DNA of 64,000 nucleotides from Octopus vulgaris. Lineage: Eukaryota. A program made the position numbers and the translations under genes. The stretch is taken from assembly GCA_951406725.2 (NCBI GenBank), contig OX597821.1, positions 39,742,001 through 39,806,000 of the forward strand, written 5' to 3'. Of this stretch, positions 39,240 through 52,862 are shown one piece after another. Position 1 is the first letter of the stretch, and each line of letters starts with the position of its first letter. The notes under the pieces are model-generated. The model ran no database searches and had not been told where the DNA came from. It was given only the letters and a program-made list of their open reading frames with translations.

Positions 39240-39830
39240 GTGGCAGGACTAACACAAAACTAAATACATTTTGTATGTGGTATCAGTTGACCTCTAATGT
39301 CATTTCCAACTTTCTATACCTACCTAAATAGATATCAGCAAATATTTATTACATATCTGCTTGTATTAGGTAGTATTTTCAAAGATAGTGTCAAATCCTT
39401 GGTCATTGTATGCCCTGGAGAAATGATTCTTGTACAGCAACACAAATGAACACATATTTGTTAGCCTTGTGGCAACTTACTATCAAAACCTTCATCAATC
39501 AACTTTTATTCATTTACTTTTCTCAACAGACTTCAATAAATAGTTGCTATGTGTATCTTTACTGTGTTCAAATTCTTACTTCCAGTAAAGCTATTTATTT
39601 TCGAACATTTCTTAAATATAGATTTTTGATGATTTCTTTTTTCATGGATACGAAACACGGTGATAAAACACCTGGAATGCTACACTTGAACTACGAGTTC
39701 GGGTTTCTGTTGAAATATTTTTAGTTCATCTTAAGAAAAAGCTTAAAAATGAACTGTCTTTTATTGTGAACATTCAAATTTGGGTAAAAATAATTTAACT
39801 TCACACTTCCCCATATCAGTAACTTTTGTT
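39240..39830 (-). pseudogene. Decayed L fragment (capping/PRNTase domain)
   Basis: FYHRVS (HR at 39657-39662); downstream QICVHLCCCTRII (cf. VSV HYHIACKSCLRPI). Confidence 0.5.
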
Positions 39831-40072
39831 GTTTATCCCGAGATGAGTTTTGATTAAAGACATTCCATCTGTGACCATCTGATTTTTGTGCAGTTAGGAC
39901 CCCATTGTGTAATATGCCTTTGCTTTAGTTGTCTGCAATGAAGCCATCCTAACCAGTGCCTCGCACTGCACAATATAGTTTCATTAGGCTAATCAAATGA
40001 CAGCAAAAAAGTAAGCACAGGTGCTCTTATGCACCATGCATTAATATGTGAGATTTTCTCTGGCTAAATAAT

Positions 40073-40382
40073 GTGGCCCGGTGTCCAGAGTGTGAGCTGA
40101 TTCGCAATGTCCTCTTCACACCTCCACTTCCCAGCTGGTGCAAATGCATGGGCGGGCAGCTGAAAACCTGGGCAATGATGATAAAGGTGGACCTCTCCGA
40201 ACTCTCAGGTCTGCAGGTGGTCGGGCTGCGCAGATGGAACCGCGAATGGCTTGCTATCTCCAGTGACCTTGCACAGGACCGTTGAGTGTGGGCTGCCATG
40301 GTTCGTGATGCCATTAAGAACAGGGAAGAAACAAGCTCAAACCGCCATGGGTGAATGCCGTCACAAGTACAACTAAGTAAGT
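40073..40382 (+). mobile_element. RTE-clade LINE 3' end with (TAAG)n tail
   Basis: GGQLKTW...RRWNREWLAISSDLAQDR*VWAAMVRDA; tail caactaagtaagtaa. Confidence 0.8.
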
Positions 40383-40390
40383 AAATAATG

Positions 40391-40582
40391 CATCATAATC
40401 TTTGTTTGACCATGGTCGAGACAATGGAATTTACTATGTTACGCCAGACTTCACAGTCCACCATAGCATTAGGGAGTTCCTGTTGCTGGATGCCTTTATC
40501 CCTGGAGATTACATCAGGGTAGGAGAGTGTGCACCCTCTGGTATCGCGAGCAGATGGCTTCCAGAGGAGAAGAGTAGAAATA
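40391..40582 (-). mobile_element. RTE-clade LINE 3' end (different family)
   Basis: LLLWKPSARDTRGCTLSYPDVISRD..ELPNAMVDCEVWRNIV; gtaaataatgca TSD. Confidence 0.8.
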
Positions 40583-42393
40583 GTAAATAGTAAATAATGC
40601 AGTATTTTGTGTTTGAACAAAACATTACCTTTAAATAGGAGATTAATATTATATTTTGGTATTTAAACTGCTTCTGTCGCTATTAATTATTTTCTGACAA
40701 GCCCATGGGTGACACCATTGCCTGAAGAGATTCTGATGTTCTATTGATTGTTGATGGGAGAATTCACTGCTACGTCTTCACTGAAACTCTGTCATTGACA
40801 AACCCAAGAAAGGGTGTGGCTGTGGCAAATGGTTATTCCCTGTCCACTATATAAACACAAGAGCTTGTATGCAGCACAAGTCTATAGAAGAAGTTCTCTC
40901 ATGGGAAATAACACAGTATTCAGTGTTCTAACACAACAGCTACTTTTAAGTGGAAGATAAATATCACCTTTTGGTTTTAATACTGCTTCTGTTGCCATTA
41001 ATTATGATTTAATAAACCCACAAGGTATCTGCAACATGACGTTCCATTTACCATTGAGTGGGTAATTTGCTGCTATGTCTCCTGTGTGGACGTCTGTCAT
41101 TGACAAGCTCAAAGAAGGGTGGAATCACATGATCTGGCAGTTCCAGCATCCATAGCAGACAGTTATTGTCAACAGTATTAACATGAGTGCTTTTGTGTAC
41201 TGCGAATCCATATGAGAAGTCCTCTTGTGGTAAATAATGCCGTATTTTGTGTTCTAACACTACATCCACTTTTAAGTGGAAGATAAATAAGACATTCAGT
41301 GATTAATGTTGCTTCTGTTGCTTTTTCTTTATAAAAAAAAATTAGTTATGAAAATAAAAAGGAACAAAGAAAATCAAATCCAAGACAAGTGTGCCTTGCT
41401 CAGTGAAAACTATTTGACTTTGAGGATGGGTTGTAGTTCATTCTGAGTAGTTCTTCAGTGCAAGGCAGTGGACTGGCAGAACAGTCAGAACATTCAACTG
41501 GATCCCAGTCTAGCATTTGTTCTAATTCCCTGCACTCTGGGTTCTAATCCTGCCATGGCTTCTTGGGTGAGAAGCTTAACCATTGCCCAGTTTAATTTTA
41601 CTCCCTGACACCTTGGCCGCCTTAAGCAATATCCACTCTGATACAGGCATTTGAGCAAGATTTCCAGTTTGAGGATATCTTCCCCCACCCCACCAATACC
41701 ATTAGTCTCATAGGCCCTATAATGGACCATGACCCCTGTATTTTCTCCTGACTCAAAGGTGAAATGAAAGTAGTTCATTGCGCCCTACTTAGTACTTGTT
41801 ATAAATTTTCACTTTTAAAAAACAAATAATTTGTCTACAATAGAGCCTGTGTATAGTCATTAAAATTGCTAGAAATAGTTGCCAAATTACTTTCAAATCA
41901 CTTTCTAAATACAAAAAACTGTATGCAGCCATACATTCACAATGTCCGAATAAAATGATGTAAGAGGGTCACAGCAAGTATATTATGGAACATAGATCTA
42001 CTTGGCTAAAAAACAGCAACTGCACATCTAGATGTTTTGCTATTAACTGCAAAAGAATACATGTTAACAGTACAAACCTCTCCAGAATTATGGCAGGAAG
42101 AATGTGTAAAGGTTTATAGTTTGAAGGCACTTCCTCTTTTCAATAAATTCATCAGAATATTTTATGGCTCTCTTTCTTCTTATCCTTGGGTCTTTTCTTA
42201 TTTAGCAGCTTTGACAAATTGAGTTTATGATTTCTTTTATGATTTTTCAATGCTTTTTGTAAAGTAACTGCTATCATATATTACACACACACACACACAC
42301 ACACATACATGTGTGTGTTGGTCCAATGATTGTTTTGATCTTAGGTCATCATTTTATACATGTATGTATGCATTCATGCATGTATGTCTGTGT

Positions 42394-42437
<44 letters not shown>

Positions 42438-42447
42438 CATACATACA

Positions 42448-42571
<124 letters not shown>

Positions 42572-43169
42572 CATACACACACACACACATATATATATAT
42601 AAAGATATATTATATACATACATATCATACATACACACATACTATATACATGCATGTATGTATATATGTATGAAATATATGATGTAGAAGATAAGCATTC
42701 TATTGATGAAGATCTAGTGAAAAAAAATCAGTATAAATACAAGGGCACCCCTTATATAAATGACAACTCAGGATTAAAAAAAGAAAGAAAGAAAATAAAA
42801 AAACATTCTACATCCTGAAGATGAGGTGGAGATAGGTAGAGACATTGAGGATAAAGCTGAATTTTGGATCTTTATTGTTCGAAAGAAACAGTGTCTGATA
42901 TGCAAATACAAGGAAATATTAATAAAGAAAGATTAATTTAGAACATAGTCATGTTTTCAGTGCAAGTTTTAAAAAAATTGCTTTTCCATCAGGTAAACAT
43001 GAGTCTGAGATAAAAGCATTTACCTTGTAGCTTTAGGTTCAGTCTTACTGTGTGGGACCTTGGACATGTGTCTACTACTATAGCCCCAGGCCATCGAAAA
43101 TCAACAGAGTGCATTTGGTAAATGGAAATTGAAAGAAGCCAGTTGTACACACATCTGTACACATATGTG

Positions 43170-43410
43170 GAGGCTGTGGCTAAGTGGTTAGGGTGTTGGG
43201 CTCATGATTGTAAGATTGTAGTTTCAAATCTTGGACCAGGTGACTTGTGTTCTTGAGCAAGACACTTCATTTCATGTTGCTCCAGTACACTCTGTTGGCA
43301 GAAATGAATCATCCTGTGAGGGGTGGACTTCCCATCCAGGTAGGGAATTTATAGGACCTGGAAACCAAGAAACTGGCTCTTATGAGTTGACATGACTTGA
43401 GAAGGTACCT
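43170..43410 (+). mobile_element. tRNA-derived SINE (family of 163-430)
   Basis: tggctaagtggtta A-box; gtgttcttgagcaagacacttc core. Confidence 0.7.
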
Positions 43411-43489
43411 TTAAGGAACGTACATACATATATATGCATTTATGCCCAATCCATACCACAGGCTAGATGGATGTTATTATCTATCATGA

Positions 43490-45185
43490 TTCAGCTATAA
43501 GAGCTGAATGATTGATGTAACCATGAAGTTCTGGTGATCTGATGAGCTGGCTTTCTTCATCTGCATTGATTTGAGAATATACAATTGCATTGTATAATGC
43601 ATAGCATGCACATTAATGCTGACATGTAAACATAACTTTTTATACAATGGAAATATTATTGCATGAAAAAGGGTGTGAAACGGCTGTAATACTAAGGATG
43701 TCATGTGGTTAAATGAATATATTCACCTCTCATACCTTATGACTTTTTATGGTTTATATCTGCTCCTCATGAAATAATTTCATCAAAATTGCATTTCATG
43801 GATTTCAGTTGTATGGAACTCTGCATTATACACTTCTCTACTGGATTATTATGTGGTCTGTTAGCTGAGTTTGCCAGCAGAGCTTTCTGTGAAAGCTATA
43901 TGATTCTATGAAACCATATATTATACTACACACACACACACAACCACATATATAAAACAAATACACATATACACATAATATTTATATATTTCCACAGTTA
44001 AGTAGAAATGCTACAATACTTGTATAATATCGAGATAGTATTAATATTGGGTTTGCTTGCAAGTTCACCAAATATTGGATTATTTAATTCATTTCTTCAG
44101 CTTCATGTAAACCGTGAAAATGCTCTTTAGTTTGCATTTAGTTTTGGAAATCCAATCTTCCATTATTTGATAAGTAGGTGATGTGTAATGTCTTGTCCAG
44201 AATATTACATGACACAAGGAATATGGTATAAAGGAGACTTGCTAACAAGTTATTCCTGTGGGCCAATACAACTCTTGAAGAGAGAAGGTTAAAAAATGGA
44301 ATATACTTGTATCAAACATAAGAAATAGTTCTTAGGATGATGTATTGTGTTAGAAAAAAAAATAAAACAAGGAAAAGATTATCATTTCAGAAAAACTGGA
44401 GGAAAAGAGCTAAATTTGTTCAATTACTTGTGTAGGTGCGTGAAGACAGAAAAAATGATGAATGCCTAAGGAAAAGAGCATAATTTCTTCATAGTTTAGG
44501 AAAATATTGTTTCATGCAAAACTCTGCTTCATGCAATTTGTTTTAAGCCTAAGGTGTATTTATTAACAGTGTGCAAAAGAAGAGCCACCTCTTGAGTTCT
44601 ATACAATAAGGTTTCAGGCAAAGTGTTGCAGAACAACACAAAAATAAACTAACAAATCCAATAATCACTTATTATACATTTTTCTACACAAGCTTTGCAA
44701 TTGTTATGAAAAAAATAGGCAAATGTAGCATCTGTCTCTCGCAGTTTTTCTTGATTCTCAGAAATATGCTATACATTTTTCTTTTTTTTTTTTTTACCAA
44801 AAGACACAACCAAAATTATTATTTGTTATAATTAGATCTCTTATTCAAGAATACAAAAACATTTTGATTCTTCAATGGTGTGTCTTGTTTTGTATCTAGT
44901 TTTATGAAGAAAAATTTGATTAAATGATAACTTGCAGAAAATCTATGGTTACATAGCTTCCTTGTGAGATTAATAAGTCTCACTAGAACAGTTGAATTTC
45001 CTAGTAGACGTTGGTGATGTTTGTCTGTAGAATGTACCTGCATTCATTCAGTATTCTTCACAAATTCCATTTTGTGAAGACAAGAATTAATTCCATTTAA
45101 ATAAATTTAGGGCTGATAGAATATACAGTGTCTGTGCCTTTTACTGACTAAATAATTTTGGTTCCTATGGAAGAATGCAGATCTT
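43490..45185 (-). pseudogene. Decayed L fragment(s): RdRp regions II-III and capping domain
   Basis: STDKHH; IELKRWLFFCTL...EAEFCMKQYFPKL (pre-motif A region); TYLSNNGRLD (cf. IYYNGRPD); YIHLTT; QPFHTLFHAIIF; MHY..QCNC. Confidence 0.6.
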
Positions 45186-45192
45186 TATTAAT

Positions 45193-45222
45193 CAAGATTC
45201 CGAGTTCGATTCCAAGCAGTGA

Positions 45223-45273
<51 letters not shown>

Positions 45274-45420
45274 CATTGGAAAATACCTTAGGAATGAGAA
45301 CCCAGGTTCGAAATTTCCCCAAGACACCTGATGAATGATGGAGGGTATATCAGTCAAAACATTGTGTTAACAACAAACAAAATGAGGACAAATATCTGTC
45401 AAATGTAAATAATGTACATA
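45193..45420 (+). mobile_element. tRNA-headed (AAT)n SINE with hammerhead-like 3' part
   Basis: gagttcgattcc B-box; acacCTGATGA..gagggtatat..AAAACattgtgt at 45324-45367; homologous to 8625-8937. Confidence 0.65.
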
Positions 45421-45429
45421 ATAGTATGG

Positions 45430-46320
45430 GTGTCATTTTCAGCTCCGAGCTGGGCAAGATATGCTAACAATAAAGAATAACCTTGATTGAGAAACTGGCA
45501 TGTTTCTTTGAAGTTTGAGTCAGTGTTGCGAAGCCAATGAATTCAAATATCAGAGAAATTCATACAAGAAGTTAGTTGATTTGGTGTTTCCTGGCATGAT
45601 GGGAATTGACTGGAAGTGAAATGATAATGATATCAAGGAAGATGAAGGAGGTGTCAGATACAGTAGCAGTGAATTCTTCAGATAAAATGAAATAATAATA
45701 AATATCATTACTGAGTTGATGCCTGATAAAGCTGTTGGCATTGATGTACTTTTGTCATTGTTAGTGGTCATTATGGCCCTGGAGTAGATCTAGTGCAGTG
45801 AAATGAGCCTACAAAGAGATTATTCTTTGAACTTATCTTTATGTTCTTGATGGCCTCACTAACGTGCTTGTAAAATTGCCCAGTCAAAGGGAAGTAACTG
45901 ATTGTGAAGAAGAGTTTGGCTAAATGAAGAAGGGTGGTGTTTGTTGTTGGGTCTGAAGAGGGAGCAGCAATCAAAGACATACTTAAGGCCAATAGGCTGT
46001 CACTTTGGCTCGGGTTGACTCTGTGGAAGGATTTATCATCAATGGTGAACAGAAATTTGGAATGTCTTGGAGAAAAAGAAAACATTTGTAAAAATCTAGG
46101 AGATAATGCTTGTACCTAAAATGTGTTATTGAGGTGGAGGTGAGGGGTTTGTAGAAGTTCATTGAGGAACTTGTAAAGATTTAGGTGGAACCAGTTAAAG
46201 GCAGAAATGGCAGGGAGCTAAGATTGTCAAGTTTGTGAAGTAAATAGTAGAGATGCAGATATGGTTCCAGTGAGTAAGAAGGAGTGAGAAGAGACGAATA
46301 AATGTATGGCTGTGGAGGCT
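45430..46320 (-). mobile_element. Penelope-like reverse transcriptase fragment
   Basis: FLFTIDDKSF...DPTTNTTLLHLAKLFFTISYFPLTGQFYKHVS...NLFVG and downstream FLDII; resembles the PLE RT consensus LFTMDVKSLY..NGEFYQQ..ANLFVG. Confidence 0.75.
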
Positions 46321-46589
46321 TAAAATGATAATAATAATGAAATTATTCTATACAGTGCTCAGTTGCACCACAACTTGTCAGAAAGTGCGTATAAAGGATG
46401 AGAAAGGGAAAAAGAGAGTAAGATCATAGACTTTGCAATACCTTTTAGAAGTGAGACATGTATTGCCAACCTGCTGAAAAGTGTTATCTTGTATTCTGCA
46501 AGAACCAAAAGGAAGATTTTTGCGATTTGAGGAGACTTGTCATCTACATCTTGTGAAGCAAACCTCTTCACTACACAAACACACAATCA

Positions 46590-47270
46590 TGTTTGCATCC
46601 ATTACCATAATTTTTGTGGCATTCACTTAAGCAACTGTGCCATAACCAAAGTTCATGCCTCCACAGGATCAAAAGCAATCAATAATTCTATAATGTAGAA
46701 TCATTCAGAAATAATGTCGAATCTTGTTTTGAAAGATTCACCACCATCAAAGACATTAGGAGTGCTGCTACTTCTTACTGCAATGATCTCTCTTCAACTC
46801 TTCCAGACCTTATTAACAATTCGAAGTATGCTTTTAAATTTTATTTGATGGTTTAGCTAGAAAAGAGGGTCAGTGGCCATGACACTTTTTCAAGGTCTCT
46901 GAGACTAGTGGAGGAACTTATCTTCAGACCAGTGACCAGTTATTAAGACTTGTATAACAGAATGGATTCCACTGCAGAAAATGCTAACGGCTAAATGGTG
47001 CTGTTAACTAGACATTGGATTATGTTCTGTTTAGGGTATTTGAGAATTCAGCCTTTTAGCAATGAACACATTGCAACTTCTGTGACAGAATAGAAATCAC
47101 AAACCTGTCTATTAGATGTCTTCTACCTTAACAAACTAACATTCTGTGACTGTCTTCTTAAATCATTAGTCAAAAAGGAATCTCATTTAGTAATTTTAGA
47201 CAAACAGAGGCACTGGATTGTCAGAAAATTATATAATTTAATTATTAAAATATACATTATATTTTAGTTG
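46590..47270 (+). pseudogene. Decayed L-like fragment (RdRp after motif C)
   Basis: ~220-codon frame with few stops; IRSAATSYCNDLSSTLPDLINN resembles VSV [22 protein letters not shown]. Confidence 0.5.
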
Positions 47271-47299
47271 GGTTGAAAACTCAAACAATATATGTTTTT

Positions 47300-48320
47300 T
47301 TTTTTATTTGTTTCTTTCTTTTTTCCACACCAACTGAAAATATTAATATTTCATTCTGAAACCAAGAATATTGTCATTTATGATTATTTTGATCATCAAT
47401 GACAATTTAAAATTATTTTAGTCTACAAAGGAACATTAGTTGCTCCAAGCAGACATAAACTGACAGACATTAAATTCTCTGCTATCTTCATTGGTGTCAA
47501 AATATTCTTCCTTGAAACAAATATTTCTATAACTTTGGGCTTTTTTTTTTCGCAACATTTGCTATTCTACAAATAAAAATAATATAATGTAAAAAAAAGT
47601 AAGGTACAGTCGTAATCATCTTTGTGTTGGCTTCATAGATACAATTATTCTTGGACTAGAATTTGCTATTATATAATGCTGAAGTCTGTTATCAAACAAC
47701 TGAAATTTGGAGACATTTAAGTCTTAATCTCTCATGATAGAGATTAGAGGGTTTCCCTCTGTCAGTTAAAAAGATTAACTCTTTATATCCAATAATATAG
47801 ATTATGGTTCTAAATAAGACATTTAACTGTTAATTACGTACAAATTTAATTGGCAAGGATGTTACCTTGGTGTCTGGTGACAAGTCTCCTCAAATCACAA
47901 GAATCTTCCTTTTGGTTCTTGCAGAATACAAGATAACACTTTTCAGCAGGTTGGCAATACATGTCTCACTTCTAAAAGGTATTGCAAAGTCTATGATCTT
48001 ACTTTCTTTTTCCCTTTCTCATACTTTTCTATCATATCTTGTCACCTTTCTTTAATAATATGGTTTAATTATTGTGAAAAAGTCACATAAACTCCTGTAA
48101 TTATCATTCACCATAACAGTCTCTGTCGTGTGTTCATACCAATTTTCTATCAACTTCAATTTACAAACCTGACTTATCATCATCATTGAATGAAAAGCTA
48201 CAGGGGTCAGTGAAAGGCCCAACGTTTCATCCCAAATAATGTATCAAACTAACTTTGAAATATTCATACAGTGCTTTATATATTGAGTTCTATTTGACCT
48301 CTCTGAAAAACCAAATAGGC
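47300..48320 (-). pseudogene. Decayed rhabdovirus-like L fragment (end of RdRp to capping domain)
   Basis: YIIWDETLGLS..KLIENW; SKIIDFAIPFRSETCIANLLKSV (cf. [25 protein letters not shown]); MITTVPY (cf. VIGTTVPHP); LLGAT. Confidence 0.68.
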
Positions 48321-48559
48321 TCATGTGCACACACACACACACACACACACACACGAGTCACATTACTGCCATACAACTGAAAACTGAAATAGAAACCACA
48401 GCTTATGTGACAGCAGGTGTGAGTGGTTAATGAAAACTTGATGAAAACAATGAATGTCAAACAAGCAAAGAGACAAGGAAAAGAAAAGAAAAAAATCTGT
48501 TATAAATATAAATAGTATTAAAACAACAACTGCAATGACATACACACAGGACACTTGTT

Positions 48560-49570
48560 ACACTTGTCTCCTTCATCTTTGAAATGAGTGCCCCTGAGGT
48601 TTTCTTTCAACTTGGGGAACAATCAAAAGTTACAGGAAGCAAGGTCTGGATTGCAGGGAGATCGAGCGACAGTTTTAATGTCCATTTCTGCCAGGAAGTT
48701 GCTTACCAGAATGCTTATCACTGAGCACCTTGGGAACAGACTTTGCACAAATTTCGCACCTATTGAGATCTTTCGTGAATAACTCTGCATACAGTTGCTA
48801 CATCAACTCCAAATTGTATGGTTATTGTCATTATAGACACAATGATCTTCGTTGAGAAAATTGTGAATTTTCTCAACTAGTTCTGACGATCTGACATTTC
48901 TTTCCCTTCTGCACTTCTCATTATCTCTCACCTCCTCTTTACCCCACTCTTGAATCCCTTGTGTGAAGGGAAAAGTTAATCTACAAGCAGTCTGGAGAAT
49001 TCCATAAGTTTCAGTAGCATTTTTGGCTAGTTTAACACAAAACCTTTTTGCATAGTAAGCTTTTATTCTCTAGAAAAACGACGACGCCGTGTTGATCTCA
49101 TTCTTGCTCACAACATCATAAGCGGAAAGTGTAACCTCTCGAAAGAGCTGTTCCTCACTCCTGCACCAGAGCGTCGGCTGCGGGGTCATTCCGAAAAGCT
49201 CTATCTGCGACGATTTCATCTCAATCGAAGGAGAGGGGCTTTCTCCGTCCGGGTTGCGGATCCGTGGAATAAACTGCCGGACGAGATGGTGAAGATGCCG
49301 ACGACTGCTTGGTTCAAAGTCTCCCTTGACCACAAGTGGCCTGAACTCTTTACATGAACACCACCCTGTACATAACTCCATGCCCCCCTACATGGCCTTG
49401 CTTTTTGCTTTTTGAGCCAAAAATTAACTAATTAACTAACTAACTAACTAACTAACTTCCAATTGTCCCTTCTGCATTCTGCATATTTCTCAGCTGTGAC
49501 AAGCAGTGTCCTGTAGAATGTGTTCAGAATGTTGTTACAGCTGTCTCCTTCAATCTGAAATAACAAAGTT
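48560..49570 (-). mobile_element. Degenerate mariner element interrupted by a CR1 insertion
   Basis: Reverse complement PCNPDLASCNF*LFPKLKENLRGTHF, the mariner C-terminal motif. Confidence 0.7.
49068..49456 (+). mobile_element. CR1-clade LINE 3' end with (TAAC)n tail
   Basis: Open frame LEKRRRRVDLILAHNII...RLRGHSEKL...FSVRVADPWNKLP...FKVSLD; CpG-rich. Confidence 0.9.
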
Positions 49571-49899
49571 AGTAAGGCAGCTCATATAGCAATAATATAT
49601 TAAAATTATAATAATCTAAGACAGTTATAACTACCTCTTCTAAAAGTTTCAAAACTTCTGGAATGCACCTTCTGTGCGTGTGCATACATACACTCTTACA
49701 TTCATACACATATACATATATATGGGTTAACATGGAATGAAGTGCCATGTCCAAGGACAAAATACACCACCCAATTCTAGAAATTGAACTGATTATCTTA
49801 TGACTATCAGTCCAACACCTTTACTACTATGCCATGGGCCTTCCACTATACATGCAAAATTGTCAAATCCCTAAAATCCTTAAAAATAATTACCAATGC

Positions 49900-50400
49900 C
49901 AAATTACCCAATAAAATATGACATGAATAGTCAAAAAATAAATTTCAAAAAATGTCCTTTTCCAAACTGCAGAACCCATTTTATTGAAGATATTTTGATA
50001 ATACAAATCAGGACATAGAATTGCCTTAACTTGCTCATCAGAAAATTTACTTCATACTCTTAAATATAACGAATGCAGCAAACATTACATAGAACAAACT
50101 CATCTGGCGGTTCCTTTGAATCTCTCTTAGTAATAATCATTGCCTTTGTTTATCTTTACATTCACGTTTGGGGCCTTCCTTGTCATTTTACTCTTTTACA
50201 GCCTTAACAACTTCTTGTAGTTTCTCATTGCTATCTGCCAATAATGCTGTTTCGTCAGCATATCGTACATTCTTTCTGTTTGTGTCATTGACAGTGAGAC
50301 CTTTGATCTCATCTGAATCACTCTAAATATATACTCAGTGTAGATATTAAATAGGTTTCACAATAACACACATCCTTGTCTTACATCTCTTTTAATCTCT
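49900..50400 (-). mobile_element. Degenerate RTE-like reverse transcriptase fragment
   Basis: VRQGC...NVRYADETALLADSNEKLQ. Confidence 0.75.
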
Positions 50401-50421
50401 GCTTTATACACACATACACAA

Positions 50422-50480
<59 letters not shown>

Positions 50481-51431
50481 CACACACACATTAGTATATA
50501 TATTAGAAGGTTTGTAGATGATGTACAGGTATTATATATAAGAAGAAATGATGTACTTTAGTATATACATATATATATATATCTGTAATTATATTTATAT
50601 ATTTAATATATTTAATTATATTTACACGCCACACAAACACACACACACTCATGTATGTATTTGTGGTGTAGAGTTCAGCCTTTTAGTTTATATGCAAAGA
50701 AGCATGTGATTTCCAACATACTTTGACCACTGTCCAAAAATGAGGATATAACGGCATCGTCGCATCATCATGCGTAAAAGACCACGCTTCATATTAAAGT
50801 AAAAAATTCTTTGTTCTCAAATATATGTCAATTCACTGACTTTGTTTTGGAAAGTCTTTGGTGAACAGATTTCTTTATTTCTTTTCAATTACTCTTTATA
50901 TTTAGAAATAAAGATAATAAAATGCAAGTGAATAAAGTCAATATTATTTGCCTATATTCAATAATACTACTATATTTTCAGACGGGTGCTCTCATTTCAG
51001 CAAACATGCCTCATATATTCAGTTTGGTTTTATGCTTAAAGCAAAATTGCATTATTGTTGTAGAGTTCAAAGAGAAAGAGAGAAATTAATAAAAAGAAAT
51101 TGTTCTGCTTGGTTCAGAAAGTCAGAGAGGCATGTGTAGCTTAAAATATTAAGGGAAAATTGAGGATGTGTAAATTTTTTTTTTTTTTTATAAAAGCAAG
51201 GGTCACTTAATCTGAAATATTTATATTGGATTATATTTCTTGTAGTAGGAACTGGAAATGTTCTTACCGTTTTGCTTTGGGTTCAAACTTTCTCTGTCTT
51301 TTCTCTTTCAGCTCTACAACTATGATTCAGGTTTTCTTAAACATGAGACACAACTAAAGAGACACATTTGCTGGAATAAAAGTCTCTGTTAGAAGATTTA
51401 GAAAAACTAGTAATTACAAGGGAAATAATTA

Positions 51432-52278
51432 GAAGTGCAGCTGTGTAGTTACAGAGTTTGCTTCCCTACCACATAGTTCTGGGTTCAGTCCCACTGCATG
51501 GCACCTTGGGCAAGTAACTTCTACTATAGCCTCAGGCTGGCTAAACTTTGTGAGGGATTTGATAGGCAGAAACAGTGTAGAAACACATCGTATGTGTGTG
51601 CGTGTGTGTGTGGAGTGCTTGTCTTTGTATCGTTGTCTGTCTCTCACAACCAGTTGGCTGCCAGCTTAGGTTTGTTTATGTCCCTCTGACTTAATGTTTC
51701 AGCAAAGCAAACAGACAATAAAGAAGTAGTACCAGGTTCAATTTGTTTGACTATGGAGTGACGCAATTTTGGAAGTTTTCAGTGCGCATGCGCAGAGTTG
51801 GATTACTTCTGGTAGGCTGCCGGAAGTTCCCTCATGCGCATGAGCAGAGAACTGCCAACAGAAAGTTTTCCCGCTAGATCGGTCTTTTTGAAGCTGCAGC
51901 CCTATCGAGTGGACACGACTCAACCTTCTCTCAAGAAAAGTCTAACATGTAGAGAAGCTGCCTTCTACTTGGGAACGGAGACAGCATTTTGGCTCACACA
52001 AGTTAACTATTGTGAATAGTTTTATGGACTTGGCTACCGGTTCACCTTGAAGAGACTATATGTGTATATATTTTATTTGCGAATCCAGACAAAATAAAAT
52101 ATTATTTATTGCTGTTGAAGATAGTCGAAGTTTTGGTTTTCCTTTCAACACAATTGAATGTAACAGGATAAGACCGACATCCCTCAAGTGTTCCTGAGTC
52201 CTTCATCCTGTTACAACTATATCTTTGAAGGCAGTACTCCAGCATGGCTGGAGTGCAATGACTGAAAGAAAAAATGAT
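51432..52278 (+). mobile_element. SINE family A interrupted by a solo LTR
   Basis: Head at 51432-51590; 3' end ggcagtactccagcatggc...tgactgaaa resumes after 52220. Confidence 0.8.
51754..52215 (+). mobile_element. Solo LTR (Gypsy-like)
   Basis: TG...CA ends, 4-bp TSD ACTA, aataaa signal, 462 bp. Confidence 0.8.
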
Positions 52279-52538
52279 AAAATTAACAGCTACTCATAAT
52301 TTTGCTTGTCAGTGTAGTTGCGGATGTTTAGGTTCCAAGATCAAACACCACCAAGATTTTACCTCTCATTTTGTTTTGCAGATAAGAGAAAAAAATCTAT
52401 CAGAAAGGAACTCTATCTCTCTTAAAAAAATATCTTTTGATAAGCATAACAAATGTGCAACTGGTAAAAAGAACTTTCACTTAATTAAATACTCTCCCTT
52501 ACTTAAATTATTTTGTCAGCATTTTCTTCATTTCCCTT

Positions 52539-52611
<73 letters not shown>

Positions 52612-52612
<1 letters not shown>

Positions 52613-52814
52613 TTCTTTTATTTGTTTCAGTCATTTGACTGTGGCCATGCTGGAGCACCACCTTTAGTCATGCAAATGGACCCCAGGACTTATTCTTTGT
52701 AAGCCTAGTACTTATTCTATCTGTCTCTTTTGCTGAACTGCTAGGTTATGGGAACATAAACACACCAGCATTGGTTGTCAAGTTATGTTGAGGGGTACAA
52801 AGACAGACAGACAC

Positions 52815-52862
<48 letters not shown>

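Larger units (their letters stand above)
40020..41322 (+). repeat. Diverged tandem array of ~320-bp units
   Basis: aaataa...gtatt..gtgtt.taaca...ttaa.tggaagataaat...ctgcttctgttgc recurs at ~40592, ~40906 and ~41232. Confidence 0.8.

Noticed and set aside
46398-48022. DNA transposon with 145-bp TIRs
   Set aside because: The right arm is in frame with flanking L-like sequence on both sides, and there is no TSD or transposase
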